From Chthoniobacteraceae bacterium (GTDB taxonomy: Bacteria > Verrucomicrobiota > Verrucomicrobiia > Chthoniobacterales > Chthoniobacteraceae): a stretch of 59,637 nt of DNA. Of this stretch, positions 1-11,600 are shown one piece after another (position 1 is the first letter of the stretch; the number at the start of each line of letters is the position of its first letter). Location: NCBI GenBank assembly GCA_031409335.1, contig JANNWY010000037.1:1-59637 (forward strand). Reading direction: 5' to 3'. The notes beneath the pieces were generated by a model that made no database searches, had not been told where the DNA came from, and worked only from the letters and a program-made list of their open reading frames with translations. The position numbers and the translations under genes were made by a program.

Positions 1-994
1 CCATTTCGTCCTCGGAAAGTTGATCGAGCGCGGCGACGACCGGGAGACGACCGACAAATTCCGGGATCATTCCGAAGCCCAGCAAATCTTCCGGTTCCGT
101 ATAGCGCAGGATTTCGCTGTTCGGGACTTCCGCCTCCGCGACTTCCGCGCCGCCATGAGAGCCTCCGAAACCGAGCACCTTTTTCCCGCGCCGCCGTTCG
201 ATCAGTTTGTTCAAACCGACGAATGCGCCGCCGCACACGAAGAGGATTTTTTCCGTGCTGACTTGGATGTATTCCTGATGCGGATGCTTCCGGCCACCTT
301 GCGGCGGGACGTTGCAGGTCGTGCCTTCGAGGATTTTCAGGAGCGCTTGCTGCACACCTTCACCGCTGACATCGCGAGTGATGGAGACGTTGTCGGTCTT
401 GCGCCCGATCTTGTCGATTTCGTCGATGTAAACGATGCCGATCTCGGCCCGCTTCACGTCGTAATCAGCATTCTGAAGAAGGCGCAGGATGATGTTTTCC
501 ACATCCTCGCCGACGTAGCCCGCCTCGGTGAGCGTAGTGGCATCCGCGATGCAAAATGGTACGTCGAGGACGCGGGCGAGCGTGCGGGCGAGCAGGGTCT
601 TGCCGCTGCCGGTTGGACCGATCAGCAAAATGTTGCTCTTCTCGATTTCCACGTCCGCCAGCGGATCGAGCTGGACCGACGTGGTCGGGCTGACCGAGCT
701 GTTGTGCAGGATGCGCTTGTAGTGATTGTGAACGGCGACGCTCAGGACTTTTTTCGCGCGGTCCTGACCAATGACAAACTGGTCGAGTTGCCGCCGGATC
801 TCGATCGGCTTTGGCACGCGCAGCGTGGTGCTCTGGCGGCGGGTATCTTCGTTGAGTTCCTTGTCGAGGATGCCTTTGCAGACATTGATGCACGAGTCGC
901 AAATGTAAACGCCAGGGCCGGCGATGAGTTTACGCACTTCCGCGTGGCTCTTCCCGCAGAAGCTGCACATCGTTAAATTACTCGCTCTGGCCAT
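1..994 (-). CDS. clpX: ATP-dependent Clp protease ATP-binding subunit ClpX (runs off the window edge)
   Basis: Read manually on the minus strand from ATG at 994: [35 protein letters not shown] (C4 zinc finger), later [13 protein letters not shown] (Walker A) and [10 protein letters not shown]. Follows clpP. Absent from the ORF track because it has no stop in the window. Confidence 0.97.
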   Translation of the reverse strand, partial: MARASNLTMCSFCGKSHAEVRKLIAGPGVYICDSCINVCKGILDKELNEDTRRQSTTLRVPKPIEIRRQLDQFVIGQDRAKKVLSVAVHNHYKRILHNSSVSPTTSVQLDPLADVEIEKSNILLIGPTGSGKTLLARTLARVLDVPFCIADATTLTEAGYVGEDVENIILRLLQNADYDVKRAEIGIVYIDEIDKIGRKTDNVSITRDVSGEGVQQALLKILEGTTCNVPPQGGRKHPHQEYIQVSTEKILFVCGGAFVGLNKLIERRRGKKVLGFGGSHGGAEVAEAEVPNSEILRYTEPEDLLGFGMIPEFVGRLPVVAALDQLSEDEM

Positions 995-1000
995 ATTCGG

Positions 1001-1681
1001 TCAGGAGTCAGCTTTTTCCGCGCCACCCTCCGTTGGAGTCTCAACTTTGAGGTCTTTGCGGGAGCTGACGACGGTGTCCACCAAGCCGTAGTCCTTCGCC
1101 TCGGGGGCGCTCATGTAGTAGTCGCGATCCGAGTCATTCTTTACTTGCTCCTCAGTTTTGCCGGTGCTGTCGGCGAGGATTCGGATCAAGCGCTTTTTCA
1201 GTTTGTACATGTATTCCACCGTCCGCTCGACGTCGCTCGCAGTTCCCTGCGCGCCGCCGCTCACCTGATGGATCATGATGTCCGAATTCGGCAGCGCGTA
1301 TCGCTTGCCCTTCGTCCCTGCAGCCAGCAGCACCGCGCCCATCGAGGCTGCCATGCCGATGCAGTACGTATTCACGTCGCAGGTCAGGAATTGCATCGTA
1401 TCGAAAATCGCGAGCCCTGAACTCACCGACCCGCCGGGACTGTTGATGTAAATGCTGATGTCCTTTTTCCCGTCCTCCATCTGGAGGAAAAGGAGTTGCG
1501 CGATGATCGAGTTCGCCACCCCGTCATCGATCGCCGTGCCGAGGAAGATGATGCGATCCTTCAGCAGCCGCGAATAGATGTCGTAGCTCCGCTCGCCGCG
1601 CCCGGTCTGCTCGACCACATAGGGAATGAAATAGTTGTTTTGCGGTGGCGTGACGATGCTGCGATTGGGTTGAAGAATCAT
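1001..1681 (-). CDS. clpP: ATP-dependent Clp protease proteolytic subunit
   Basis: [32 protein letters not shown] (catalytic Ser), MIHQ (His), DRDYYMSA. Lies in tig-clpP-clpX order. Confidence 0.97.
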   Translation of the reverse strand: MILQPNRSIVTPPQNNYFIPYVVEQTGRGERSYDIYSRLLKDRIIFLGTAIDDGVANSIIAQLLFLQMEDGKKDISIYINSPGGSVSSGLAIFDTMQFLTCDVNTYCIGMAASMGAVLLAAGTKGKRYALPNSDIMIHQVSGGAQGTASDVERTVEYMYKLKKRLIRILADSTGKTEEQVKNDSDRDYYMSAPEAKDYGLVDTVVSSRKDLKVETPTEGGAEKADS

Positions 1682-1698
1682 GTGTGGAAAGGTGGGCC

Positions 1699-3006
1699 TC
1701 AGGCGGCGGTGACGCTAGCGTTCGTCATCAGGAAATCAAGCACCTTGCCTGTGATGATCTCCTCATTGATCTGATCCAGTCCGCCGCGTTTCTCCAACTC
1801 CTTCGACATTTTCTCAAAGGTCATCTCATACTTCTGCGCGAGCGCCGCGACCCGTCCGAGCAGTTCCTCGCGCGTTGCCTTGATGTTTTCCTTCTCGGCA
1901 ATTCGCAGCAGCACGAACGTGCCCTTCAGCCGCTCCCGCGCGCTCTGCGACGCCGCGCCGACGATTTGCTGCTGGTTTTCCTTCAGCACCTCGTCCGCCA
2001 CGCCGCGCGCCTGATTCTCCTTCACGATGTCCTGGAGAATCCGCTGCGTTTCATTCCGCACCAAATTCTGCGGCAGCTCGCACTCCACGCCGCTCAGCAA
2101 GTGCTTCATGACCTGCGCGCGCTTGTCGGCCTCGACGCCCGCCGCTTTCTGCGTCGAAAGCTCGTCCTTCGCGGTCGCGCGGAGATCCGCGAGCGTTTTG
2201 CCCTTGATCACCGTATCCGCAAATGCGTCGTCCAGCGCCGGCAGCACGCGCTCCTTGATGCCCTTCAGCGTCACCGCGTAGTGAATCGTCGTCCCCGGCA
2301 TCCCCTCGACCGGGAAATCCTGCGGCACCACGATGTCGAATTCCCTTATGTCATTCACCTTTGCGCCCACGAGGTGCGCGCAGTAGCCGGGGAAGAACGC
2401 CTCGTCCGTCATCCGAATCCAAAAATCCTCGTTCGCCGTCAGTGGTTTGCCTGCTTTTGGAAAAACCTCATGCACGGGCTTGCCATCGATCGTCCCCGAG
2501 TAGTCCACGACGATGTAGTCATCCATCACCGCGCTGCGCTCCGCCACGTCGATAAAGTCCGCCGCCTGCTCGCGCAAATTTTCTATCGCTTCGTCGATCT
2601 CCGCTTCGGTCACCTCCGACGACTTCGCCGCCACGGCCAGCCCCTTGTAATTCGGCAACTCGAACTGCGGCTGCGTCACCACCGTCGCCGTGAACGACAT
2701 TGTCCGGTCATCGCCGATCACGATGTCTTCGACGTTCTGCACGCCGAGCACGCGCAGTTGGTGCTGCTTGATGGCCTCGCGCGTCGAATCGTTCAGCAGC
2801 TTTTTCTCCACTTCCTCGCGGATCTCCTTCTTGAACTTTTTCTCAATGATCCCCCGCGGCACTTTGCCCGCGCGATAGCCGGGAATCTTCGCGAACTTCC
2901 CAAAATCATTCGCGACGGCGTCCCACGCTTCGGTCACGATTTTGGGTTCGACTTCGACTTTGAGGGTGGCGAGGCAGTGGGGCAGATTTTCGACGACGAC
3001 GTTCAT
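1699..3006 (-). CDS. tig: Trigger factor
   Basis: From ATG 3006 (MNVVVENL). [10 protein letters not shown] ribosome-binding signature and FKBP-like middle ([10 protein letters not shown]). The longer ORF-track start overlaps the divergent gene and is rejected. Confidence 0.95.
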   Translation of the reverse strand: MNVVVENLPHCLATLKVEVEPKIVTEAWDAVANDFGKFAKIPGYRAGKVPRGIIEKKFKKEIREEVEKKLLNDSTREAIKQHQLRVLGVQNVEDIVIGDDRTMSFTATVVTQPQFELPNYKGLAVAAKSSEVTEAEIDEAIENLREQAADFIDVAERSAVMDDYIVVDYSGTIDGKPVHEVFPKAGKPLTANEDFWIRMTDEAFFPGYCAHLVGAKVNDIREFDIVVPQDFPVEGMPGTTIHYAVTLKGIKERVLPALDDAFADTVIKGKTLADLRATAKDELSTQKAAGVEADKRAQVMKHLLSGVECELPQNLVRNETQRILQDIVKENQARGVADEVLKENQQQIVGAASQSARERLKGTFVLLRIAEKENIKATREELLGRVAALAQKYEMTFEKMSKELEKRGGLDQINEEIITGKVLDFLMTNASVTAA

Positions 3007-3167
3007 AAGGGTTGAGAAAAGGGCGGTGAAGATAACCGGCGACCGCTGCTTGCAAAGGGCGAATTTGGCCGCGCCGAAAATATCGCGCCACGCGCTCTGC
3101 ACAGCCCGCGACTTCCAGCTTTTCACTTGGCAATGCAACGCGCCGCCGCGTAGCGTCACCGACTTTG

Positions 3168-5411
3168 ATGAAGCCCTGGCAGATTCTCTTCGCGCTCGTT
3201 TTCGCATGCTTCACCGGCGCGCGGGCGCAGCTCCCCAGCTTTGGCGACGTGCCGGTCGAGATCAACGCGGAGAGCACCCGGTATGATCCTGAAACGGGGA
3301 TCGCGTACGCCGACGACAACGTGATTCTCGGTTACGGTGACGTCCGCATCTACTGCGACCACGCGCAGTACGACAATGGCACGCGCGATGTGCTCGTCGA
3401 GGGAAACGTCCGCATTTTCCGCGGCGGCCGGCTCTTTGTCGGTGAAAGCGCGATCTACAATCTGGAAAGCAAGGTGCTCAATGCTTCGACGATCCGTGGC
3501 GACTTTTCCCCGTTCGCATTTCAGGGCCAGAGCCTCGGCACGCTCGGGCCGAAGGCGTATTTCGTGAAGAACGGCATCTTCACCACGAGCGACAACTCGA
3601 AGCCCGACTACACGATCCGCGCGCGCGGCATTCGCATTTACACAAATGACCGCATCGTTTTCACGAATGTGCGGCTGTTCGTCGGGCAGACGCCGATCCT
3701 CTGGTTCCCGTATCTCTCCCACTCGCTCGAAAAGGAGCAGGCGTTCACGATCACGCCCGGCTACAATTCCGTTTGGGGCGCATACCTCCTCGGGACTTAC
3801 AATTTTCCGCTCGGGGAAAACTGGGAGGGCAAAGTGCGGCTCGATCTTCTGACGGATCGCGGCGTGGGATTCGGCTTCGAGTCGAATTGGTCCGGCGGGG
3901 CGGAAAGCAAGAGCTGGGGCCGCTTCCGCGCCTATGGCATCAATGACGGCCAGCCCGGCACCAACAAAACTGGCCTCGATCGCGAGCAGATTGACCCATT
4001 GCGCTACCGCGTTTCTTTTCAAGACCGCACCTATCTCACCGAGGATATCTACGTCACCGCCGACATTAACCGGCTCAGCGATGCGCGCTTCCTTCAGGAT
4101 TTCGACGGCGGTGAATTTCGCCGCAATCCGAACCCCGACAATGTCGTCGCGCTCACAAAATGGAACGAGAACTACGTCGCGAATCTAGTCGCGCGCGAAA
4201 ATCTGAACGAGGAAAACTTCGATGGCACCGAGCGGCTTCCCGAGATTTCCATCGAAGGCAAACGGGCGCCGATTTTCGGCGGCCCGCTCTTTTGGGATAA
4301 CGTCACGTCCGCCGGTTTCCTGAAGCGCAACTTTGCCGATGATTCGACCCTCGCCGACTACGACACCTTCCGCGCGGACGTATTTCATCAGCTCACCCTT
4401 CCGCACACCTTCGGCGGCTGGCTTTCGTTCGTCCCGCGGGTCGGCGCCCGCGTCACTTATTACGGCGACACCGGCCTGAATGAAACCCTCTCCGCTGCCA
4501 ACGGGAGTCAGAGCATCTTGCGCACGAAAGGCGCGTTGGTGCGGCCTGCGTTCAATGCCGGGTTTGAGTCGTCGTTCAAATTCTCGCGCGAGTTCGAGAC
4601 CGTGCAGTCGCGCGCGCTCGGCCTCGATGGCTTGCGACATGTCGTCCAGCCGTACCTCAATTTTTCCTACAACTACTCCGGTGAAGACCCCGCGGGCATC
4701 CTCCAATTCGACCGGCTGAATCCATCGACCGAACTGCCGCCGATCGACTTCCCGCAATTCAACAGCGTGGACTCCATCGACACGTGGACGATCCTCCGCC
4801 TCGGCATGCGCAATCGTCTCCAAACGCGCCGAAACGGTAACACGCTGAACTGGCTGGAACTCGACACGTTCTTCGACGTGAACCTCGATCGCCCGGACTT
4901 TGGCGGCTCCTTCACGAGCGATGAGGGAAATTTTTCAAACGTCATCAATCGCCTCCGCTGGGTGCCGCTCCCGTGGATGTATATGACGCTCGACGCGCAG
5001 CTTCCCATCTTCGACCGCGGATTCACGCAGGTGAATACCAGCCTCGGCCTGATGGTGAACTCGAGCATCCAAGTCAACATCGGCCACCGCTACATCTCCG
5101 ACAGCGCCTCCTTCACGGATTCCAGCCTGCTCAATCTTGGCGGCTACGTGCGCATCAACGATCACTGGGGCGTCAGCATCCGCGAACTCTTCGAATTGCA
5201 GGATAACATCCTCGAAACCCAGCGCTACGAACTGCATCGCGACCTCTCCAGTTGGATCGCTTCGCTCGGTTTCGTCGTGCGCGACAATCGCGGCGTGAAC
5301 GACTACGGCCTCGTCCTCACCTTCACCCTGAAAGACATCCCCGGAGTCCGCCTCCCGGTCTCGCTCGACCCCGACGACCTCACCGGCGGAGGCACGGGGA
5401 AAAACCGATAG
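3168..5411 (+). CDS. lptD: LPS-assembly protein LptD-like outer-membrane beta-barrel
   Basis: Signal peptide, OstA-like N-terminus (VEINAE...IYCDHAQYD...VEGNVRI), FTTSD..PDY and PILWFPY motifs, ERLPE, RHVVQPYLNFSY, amphipathic beta-strand C-terminus. Confidence 0.8.
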   Translation: MKPWQILFALVFACFTGARAQLPSFGDVPVEINAESTRYDPETGIAYADDNVILGYGDVRIYCDHAQYDNGTRDVLVEGNVRIFRGGRLFVGESAIYNLESKVLNASTIRGDFSPFAFQGQSLGTLGPKAYFVKNGIFTTSDNSKPDYTIRARGIRIYTNDRIVFTNVRLFVGQTPILWFPYLSHSLEKEQAFTITPGYNSVWGAYLLGTYNFPLGENWEGKVRLDLLTDRGVGFGFESNWSGGAESKSWGRFRAYGINDGQPGTNKTGLDREQIDPLRYRVSFQDRTYLTEDIYVTADINRLSDARFLQDFDGGEFRRNPNPDNVVALTKWNENYVANLVARENLNEENFDGTERLPEISIEGKRAPIFGGPLFWDNVTSAGFLKRNFADDSTLADYDTFRADVFHQLTLPHTFGGWLSFVPRVGARVTYYGDTGLNETLSAANGSQSILRTKGALVRPAFNAGFESSFKFSREFETVQSRALGLDGLRHVVQPYLNFSYNYSGEDPAGILQFDRLNPSTELPPIDFPQFNSVDSIDTWTILRLGMRNRLQTRRNGNTLNWLELDTFFDVNLDRPDFGGSFTSDEGNFSNVINRLRWVPLPWMYMTLDAQLPIFDRGFTQVNTSLGLMVNSSIQVNIGHRYISDSASFTDSSLLNLGGYVRINDHWGVSIRELFELQDNILETQRYELHRDLSSWIASLGFVVRDNRGVNDYGLVLTFTLKDIPGVRLPVSLDPDDLTGGGTGKNR

Positions 5412-5486
5412 GGGGGGCGCGGAAGGCCAATCGAACGGCTGTCCGGTGACTTCCCGCACCCGCTTTCAAATTTCCCGCATTTTTCG

Positions 5487-5512
5487 TTGACCACTGGAAT
5501 TGGAGTTATTAT
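5487..5512 (+). promoter_or_regulatory. Candidate promoter (TTGACC ... TATTAT) for giant gene 1
   Basis: TTGAC lies 176 nt before ATG 5663, mirroring TTGAC 179 nt before ATG 14675. Spacing to TATTAT is only 14 nt, so non-canonical. Confidence 0.35.
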
Positions 5513-5662
5513 CGAACTCGGGAAAGTGGTTTGGGATTTTTTCCTCTTCGCCTCCAAGAATCCCACCGACTCTCCCTGAAACCCCGCAGCGAGGCGCGTC
5601 ACCAGCCACACGTGCAGTTGCTTTTTTCCACGATCTTTCAAACCGCTACACCAATAAATCCC

Positions 5663-8600
5663 ATGCGCCCACAATCCCACCTCCGCTCGTCCAAACCCCG
5701 TCCGCTCAGCTTCTCGCTGTCACGCCTTTCCTCCGCGGCTGCAGTCGCTGCCGCGCTGCTCGCAGGCATCGGTGGCAGTGCGCAAGCGGCGAACTTGTAT
5801 TGGGATCCGCTCGGCGATGGGAATGGCGCGATTGGCGGCTCGGGAACTTGGGATTTGCTGGGCACATTTTGGGATGCAAATCCGGCGGACCCGCTCGGCA
5901 GCGTGGTGTGGCCGAATCTTGCGGCGGACACGGCGGTTTTCGGCAACACGATCGGGACGGCACCGTTCAACGTCACGGTCGGGACGATCACGGCAGGCGG
6001 GGTGCAATTTGATGCGGCGGGGTATCGCCTCGCGGGCGGCACGCTCACGATGGGCGGCGGCACGGTGACGACCAATGCGAGCGGGCGGATTGATTCGGTC
6101 ATCACCGGCGCGGGTGGACTGATCGCGAATGGCGCGGCCGGGACGACGCTGGTGCTCGGCGGTGCGAATACTTTCACGGGGCAATTGCTCGTGAACTCGG
6201 GCACGGTGGCGCTGGCGGGATTGGGTGCCGGACTGGCCACGGGTGGGGTGGGCAATGAGACTGTGGTGGCCAGCGGAGCCACGCTGAATCTGGGCGGACA
6301 GTCTTACGGAAACCTCGCGGTCGCGGGTCCGTTCGAGGTTTTCCGCATCGCGGGCACGGGTGTTGGCGGCGTGGGCGCGCTGATCAATCAAGGCTTCGGC
6401 CAGAACAATGCGACGTCCAAAGTGGTGCTAACGGCGGACGCGACCGTCAGTGCAGGGGGGATATTTCGGCGTCGTACAATGCAGGCGGCCAGATCATCAC
6501 GTCGGCGGGCGGACGCTTCGACGTGCGCCTCACGGGCACTGCGGTGGCCGGACAAAATCATCTCGATCTTGCTGGCTTTACGCTGACCAAGATCGGCCAG
6601 CAACGACTCGCGCTGGTGAACGCTTCCGTATCCGCCGGAAATATCATCGTCAACGAGGGGCAGCTTTTCCTGGAAGCCACCACGCTCTTGCAAGGTACCG
6701 GGACTGTGACGGTCAATGCCAATGGACACATGGGATTCTTTTCGATCTCGAACGGGGCAAATGTGACGCGTCAGATCGTCATCAATGGCGGCAGCATTGG
6801 CGATCAGAACGGGACCGCTGCGGCGCAAACGATCAACGCACCCATCCAAATCACCGGGGCACTGAACCCGAACTTCACGTCGGTCTCGACTACCCAGCGC
6901 ACAACACTGGCAGGACAGATCACAGAGAGCGGCTTCACCGGGACCGGGATCGCCAAGCGCGGTGCCGGAGTGCTCGCCTTTAGCAATACCGCGAACACCT
7001 TCAGCGCACCGGTCACGATCTATGCCGGCACGCTCGGCGCGGATTTTACCACGACTCTCAGCGGCCTCGGACCCGTGACCAGCACGGACACCCCACTCGG
7101 CACGAATGCGGCCATCACGCTCGCGGGCGGCACGCTGAATATCCGGGCGAACATGGATAACACCACTTCGCAGCAGTATTTCGACTTGCAGCGCAGCATC
7201 GTGGTGGATCGCGCGCCAGGCGGCATGTCGTTCGACCGCATTGCGAATGGGACGCAGGCTGACAAACATATCCGCATCAACTCGCTGACGATGCAGCCTG
7301 CCTCGGGGGCGAACGGCTGGTCGATCGGCCAGAACCAGTTCACCTTCACGCAGGGCAATACGCACCGCCTCGACATCCCGCTGATGACGATGAACAGCGA
7401 CAGCGTGGTGACGACCGGCGACCACACTTTCTCGGGAAACATCCTCTCCGCGAATCGCAACTCGCTGGTGCGCACGGGCAACAACACGACGCAATTCGTC
7501 ACGCCCGGCACGCAGGAATTTAACGCGTATTTCAACACCAGTGGCAATTTGCGCGTGGGCAGCGGCTTCGGCACGCCGACGACCAGCAATACTGTGACGG
7601 TTGGCACCGGCACGATCTACATCGCGCCGGGCTCGCTGGCGACGTGGCGCGCGGCGACCAATCTTGCCCCAGGGCAGGTGATCGATGCGACCGCCAGCCA
7701 GGGAGGGAATGTTCCGGTGGTGAACTTCGAGCAGTTCAGCGCGATCCCGGCTAATTTGCGCGCGATCGGCAGCGGGGTCTATGGCATCGGCGGCGCGACC
7801 TACGGGAATGTCGATCTGACGACGATCGGCGATGGCACCTGGCGCGTCGGCTCAAATATCACGGGCGCAGGCAATGGCATCATCAACGGCACCATCGCGC
7901 CCGGACCCGGGAATCTTTTCCGCGTCGGCGGCGGTGGCACGGCGACGGCGACGGCGGTCAACGCTTTGACGGGCCCGGCGGGCTTGGAAGTCGGCTCGCG
8001 GCTGATCAACGGCGCTGTCACCACCAGCGGCGCGGGCACCTTTGTGCTGAATCAGCCAAACGACTACGCTGGCGGGACGACGGTGAATCGCGGAAGCACC
8101 GTCGCGTTCCAAGATATTGCGTCGTTCGGCCCGGGCGCAGTGATTGCGTTTGGCGGCGTCACCGCGCAGGGCGCGGGCGGCACGTTCACGGTCGATGGGT
8201 TAAACAACGTCTTCACCCCGACCCGGTACGGTGGCTCGACGCTCACTTTCCAAAATGCGGCGCTGACCGGAACGACTGATTTTAACCGCTGGGGCGACAA
8301 TGTGGGAATCGCGCTGACCGCCTCGACGCTGACCCTGAACAGCCGCAACAACAACGCCTCGACCACGCTGGAAAAAGTCGGTGCCGTTACTTTTGCGGGC
8401 GGGAGCGTGCTCAATATCAACCGTCAAAACGCCGTTGCGGGCAATGTGGTGGAATTGGATGTGGATTCCCTCACCCGCGTCGGCGCGGGCACGCTGGAAA
8501 TCGTGCGCTCGACCGGGACGGGCGCGGCATTTGGCACGGCGAACATCGTCAAGGCGGTCGGCACCGCGCCGGCCACGATCGCGCTCAGTGCTGGCACGAT

Positions 8601-11600
8601 GCTCGCGCCGAGCATCACCGTGGTGGACGGCACGCGGCTGGTGAACTTTGCCACTTACAACGGCGCCCAGGGCATTGTGAACGCGGTCCCTACAAATACC
8701 GTCAATACCGCCGCATTCACGACGGCGCTGACGGGCGGCAATCAATATGTCTATGTCGATTTTGCGGCGGCGGCGCTGACATCGACGCTAGGCGACAACC
8801 CGGATGTGGCCGCGCTGAAAGTCGGGGCGGGCATCTTGAATTCGCCCACCATCATCGCCAACGGCGCGGGCACTTCCATCCGCATTCGGACGGGCGGACT
8901 GATCGTGTCTGGTGACACCACTGCGGGATTTTTCAGCACCGCCGCTGGCACGCAGACGACGATCAATCCAGCGATCAATTTTAACGATGGCACGACCAAC
9001 ATCGAAGGGCTGATCAACGTCCGCGGAGCCACGACGGCGATTTTGAACGGGCTTGTCACGGGAGCTGGGCTGACGAAATTTGGCGGCGGCACGCTAAACC
9101 TGACGGCGAACAACACGGCCACGCTCTCGGGCACGGTCTCTCTCAACGGCGGAACGACGCAGCTTTTTGGGCCAACAGCCACGGGTGCCTACGCCCCTGC
9201 CGGCACGGGCGTCATCCAGTTCAACGGCGGTCAACTTAACCTGCGCAGCAACAACACCGCCGTCACTGGCACGATCAATCCGACGCTGCCAAACGGCCTT
9301 TCTGTCGTGGCGAACCTCCCGCTTGCCGTCGTCGATTTGAATCGCTCCGGCGCGGATACCGCGAGCGCTGGGACGTTCATCTTCAATCCCGCCACAGCCG
9401 GCTCGACCGGGCTGCAATTGCTCGGCTCACCAGGCGTGCAGGGGCAGACGCTCACAGTCAGCGGTGCGAACTATGCGTTGCAGTTCGGCACCAACGCCGT
9501 GAACACATTCGAGGGCAACGTCACCATCAACAACGCTGTGAACGTGACGCTCGACAACGCGCCGAACATCACCGGGACGAATCCGGTGATCACAAAATCC
9601 GGCGCGGGCACCTTGATCGTGGCGCGGGTGAACGGCGGTCCGAGTGTCGTCTCGGGGACGACTGCGGTGGTCAATGCGGGCATCCTGGAATTGCGCAGTC
9701 TGACCAGTCTTGGGACGGGCCTCCAGACCGCGATCGTGCTGAATGGCGGGACGCTGAATATGCGCCGCGACACCACGGGCGGCACGTACGGTGGCACCGG
9801 CACCGGCTATCCGGTGACCGTGAATGGCACCGCGACGATCTCGGCGGATCGCTTCAGCGCGGGTGCCGATCAGAACCTCGGTCTCGGCAAATTGGTCACG
9901 AATACCAACGGCACGCTGACGATCAATGGCGGCAACGGCTTTTATCCATCGTTCCCCGGAGCCACGCTCAATGGCACCGCCTTCATCGCCGCGAATGTCG
10001 TGGCGCAGGGCAGCCAGGAAAGCTCGGCGCGCTTCACCAGCGGCTCGGATGTCTCTGGCGGCGCGCTCGTGAAATCGGGCAGCGGCCATCTTCACCTCAA
10101 CAATGCGAACAACACCTACGACGGCGGCACCTACGTGCAGGGTGGCACCCTGCGGCTGCGCGCGACCAATGCAGCCGGCACGGGCAACGTGTGGGTGAAC
10201 CCCGGCGGGACCATCGACTTCAACAGCGATACCAACCTCAGCCCCACGCAGATGGTCTTCGTCCGCAGCAACGGTGCGCATCTGCCGATGATCAGCGTGA
10301 ATGTGGACGGCGTCGCGCATCCGACCGCGCTCGTCGATACCACGGCGGCCCCGATCGGCATCGTCGGCCTGAGCAATGGCACCGCTGGCAGCTACAACAC
10401 CTCGATCGACCTGAGTGCGCTGTATGGTGGGGGCTGGTCGCTCGGCGGCGTCGGCGCTTTCGCTTACGATCCGGTTTACACGAGCAACACCCTCACCGTC
10501 GGCAACAACAGCCTGTATCGGCTCGGCGGCGGCGGCACTTCGTTTGCGATGGGGATTGATTCCGCGCGTGTCGCGCTGACCAACGTGCTGACGGGCACGA
10601 ACGATGTGCGGCTCGGCTTTGACTCGGCGAACATCCTGCCGGTCAACATGACGAACTTCCAATACTCCATCGCCGGCACGAACGACTACAGCGGCGGTGA
10701 AACGACGATCCATCGCGGCATGGTGGCGCGCCTGTTCTCGAACAACAACGGCACCCATTCCGGCTTCTCGAACTCTGCGGTCGATGTCTTCGGCGTCCTG
10801 AGCCTTTCCGGGCAGGCGAGCCTCGACAACGGTGCCGGTGGCCAGACCAACGCGGTCACTCTCCATCCCGGCTCGGCGCTCTTTTTTGACAATCAAAACG
10901 GCGCGGCCAATGGTGCGGTCGATCTGGCGGGAGCCAATGTGCTAAACCGCTGGCACGACACCACGCCGATCGCGCTCAATGGCGCGATGATCAACCTGAT
11001 CGGGGCAGACCTCGCGGTGAGTTCCGAGACGGTCGGCGATGTGACCTACAGCCGCGGCGCGCGCCTGCGGGCGCAGCTCACCCAGCTCACCGTCGCGGGC
11101 GGCACGGCGACGCTGACTTTGAACAACCTCTTCGGAGCCGGGCCGGGGAATACCATCATGCTGGCGACTTCGGGCGCGGGGACGCTCGCTGCGGCGGACA
11201 AAATCATCGTTCTGAACTCTGCGCCGGCCAGCACGAATGGGATGGTCACGCCTTCGATCGTCAACCAGAGCGACAACTCGTTTGTGACCCATGGCGTGAA
11301 CGGATTCCAAAACGTCGCCTACGACAAAACGCTCAACGCCACCTTCGTCCCGGGCACGCTGCTGACGACGGATAAAGTCGATGTCATCACCGCCGCGCTA
11401 ACCTTGTCGGAGAATCCCGTCGTTTACGCCCTGCGCACCAGCCAGACGATCAATGTCGGCGGGCCGTTTAACTCCATCACTCTGCGCAGTGGCGGCTTGA
11501 TCGGCACGGGCGGCACGATCAATCCGAACTTGGTTTTCAATGACGGAACATCGAACATTGAGGCTCGTATCTTCACGACGAACACGCTGACCCTGGCAGG

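Noticed and set aside
20..976. 318 aa plus-strand ORF
   Set aside because: Antisense shadow of clpX, which has clear motifs on the minus strand.
1684..3015. 443 aa plus-strand ORF
   Set aside because: Antisense shadow of tig; typical of high-GC codon bias.
3007..3167. tRNA upstream of tig
   Set aside because: No cloverleaf or T-loop (GTTCGA) signature; likely just a divergent promoter region.
3168..5411. LptD-like barrel as the dedicated exporter of the adjacent giant proteins
   Set aside because: It looks like an ordinary LptD; a hairpin and a separate candidate promoter lie between; adjacency alone is insufficient.
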